In this document: positions 62,381 through 64,000 of the stretch, in pieces
How positions within the stretch are numbered: position 1 is the stretch's first letter
How the letters are laid out: the number at the start of each line of letters is the position of its first letter
Assembly: GCA_030390025.1 (NCBI GenBank)
Contig: CM059432.1
Span: 147,872,001-147,936,000 of the forward strand
From: Squalus acanthias
Taxonomy: Eukaryota
Direction: 5' to 3'
Length of the DNA: 64,000 nucleotides
Made by a program: the position numbers and the translations under genes
Notes under the pieces: generated by a model
The model's database searches: none
The model's input: only the letters and a program-made list of their open reading frames with translations
Told to the model about the DNA's origin: nothing

Positions 62381-64000
62381 AAAAGAGAGCCCACAATAAG
62401 AGGGCGAGGGAGAGAACAAGAGGAGGACCACCATCTTTCTCACAGCTCACCCACGCTGAGGAGGCCACTCTCGACATTGCGGGATCAGTGGAACAGCTCG
62501 AAGTGGGGGATGGAGAGACAGGCTCAGTAGAACAACCTGGTGACAGAATAATTCTCCATCCATCTTATTTGGCATTCATGAGTGACTCATATGGGATCTG
62601 ATGTCAATAGAAATTGAGTGCTCATCATGTGCACAATGGGATGTGTCTGCAATCTACATATCACAGAATCCCCACAGTGCAGATAGAGGCCATTTCGGCC
62701 CATCGAGCCTGCACCGACACATATCCCACCCTATCCCCGTAACCCCACGTATTTAATCCCCCTAACACTAAGGGTCAATTTATCATAGCCAAATCAACCT
62801 AACCCGCACATCTTTGGACTGTGGGAGGAAACCGGAGCACCCGGAGGAAACCCACGCAGACACGGGGAGAATGTGCAAGCTCCACACAGACAGTCACCCG
62901 AGGCCGGATTCGAACCCGGGTCCCTGGCGCTGTGAGGCAACAGTGCTAACCACTATGCCACCGTGTTATATCACATGTCTAACTCATGTCTTTACTCTCA
63001 CACGGGACCATTGAGAGCCCCCCTCCCTACTGTCCAGGAGGAAGAGCAGGAGGACTCCTCAGAGGAACCATCAGCCTCTGAGGGAGCAGCGTCAGCAGAA
63101 ATGAGCGCACCCAGCACCAGCGCATGGACGTACACCTCGGTGGGTATAATGCGAGATAGAGTAGTGTTGTCACCTGGTGTATCACAAGTCACGAGTGAGC
63201 AAGAGCAGATGGTGGAGACAGGGACAGCAGTGGAGAGTCCTCATCAGAGGCCGCAGGATGCTCCTCCCTCTGCTCAGCTGCATGTAGATGCTGAGCCTCG
63301 GGGACCATCCAGAAAGAGAGCGGTGCTGGAGTTTCAGGAATAAGTTCAGGAGACTCTGACTGGGTTAACAACCACGGTGACTGCGAGTGTGCAGAGAATG
63401 AAGGAGTCCATCTCAAATATAAGCAATGCCATGGCGCACGCAATGGCGAATGTAGGTAACGCCATGGAAAGGATGGCAATCTTCATGAAGGACATAAATC
63501 GCCAGACTCAGAACAACATAGTAACACTTCAAAATAGATGGTCAGCTATGGAGGATAGATGGGCATCTATTGCGGAGAGGAACCAGAGGTTCATGGACGT
63601 CCCCATTATGAGGAATGTCAATATAGACACGGGTCCTCATGGCCCCACTGATGTGCAGCAAGGTGCTCTCTAGCTACTTGCTAGCAGAGAAGTGCGGGTG
63701 GCCCATGAGAGGGATGATGGTGGGAGGTGACATACAAGTGGGGGCTCCTCTCCAAGCGCTCCAACTGCAATCCCCTTGCCAACCCCTCGGTCAGAGCCCC
63801 AGATGCCTCCCCGAACAGTGATGGCCGAGTCTGCCCCTGTGCAGCCGCAGGAGGTGCAGACTTTGGCGGGACCCTCACAGGCTCCAAAACCAAAGGACGA
63901 CCGCCAAAGGCGTCTAAGCAGGCGCAGCAGGGAAGTGAGCAGGCTGCCTCTACATCTGCTGAAGCCACAGGGATAGCACCACGTAGAAGCACGCGTAAAA
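62381..64000 (+). pseudogene. Harbinger Myb/SANT gene, downstream exons
   Basis: ctttccctcattgcAG|EKRAHNKRARERTRGGPPSFSQLTHAEE..GDGE..|GT; then acidic/Ser-rich and coiled-coil-like exon from ~63005 with frameshifts. Confidence 0.75.
62660..62964 (-). mobile_element. HE1/V-SINE-type tRNA SINE in the intron of the Harbinger gene
   Basis: A box TGGCATAGTGG, B box GGTTCGAATCC, V-domain gtgggtttcctccgggtgctccggtttcctcccaca, CR1-like tail. Confidence 0.85.

Noticed and set aside
62890..62964. tRNA gene (also heads at ~45800-45853 and ~5650-5735)
   Set aside because: A/B boxes continue into SINE bodies; these are SINE heads.

Overview
Repeat-dense vertebrate genomic DNA. It is most likely cartilaginous fish (shark-like), inferred from SacSINE1-like Deu-SINEs, an HE1/V-SINE and the CR1/L2 families present. 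No host protein-coding gene is recognisable; most of the window is nested transposable-element debris: CR1, L2, RTE and Tx1/L1-like LINE fragments, tRNA-SINEs, Penelope-like elements carrying minimal hammerhead ribozymes, and many PIF/Harbinger transposons (transposase, Myb/SANT gene, MITEs). The main feature is a decayed retrovirus-like element on the minus strand (~33549 to ~22307). Its gag has a coiled coil, a capsid/MHR-like motif and a CCHC knuckle. Its pol runs protease, RT, two RNase H domains and an intact 428-aa integrase ORF. A third, env-like gene sits behind its own splice acceptor. That env is split by a ~4.8 kb insertion (16-bp satellite, CR1 and L2), can be rejoined in frame, and by eye resembles a paramyxovirus-type fusion protein (lokiretrovirus / foamy-like architecture). 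Also present: three ~225-bp solo LTRs with 5-bp TSDs and a CTCF-like motif, a 1.3-kb solo LTR, two tandem arrays, an 89-bp inverted repeat and a 122-bp direct duplication. All family names are by-eye motif calls; no database search was run, and fragment boundaries are approximate unless a TSD or TIR is quoted.
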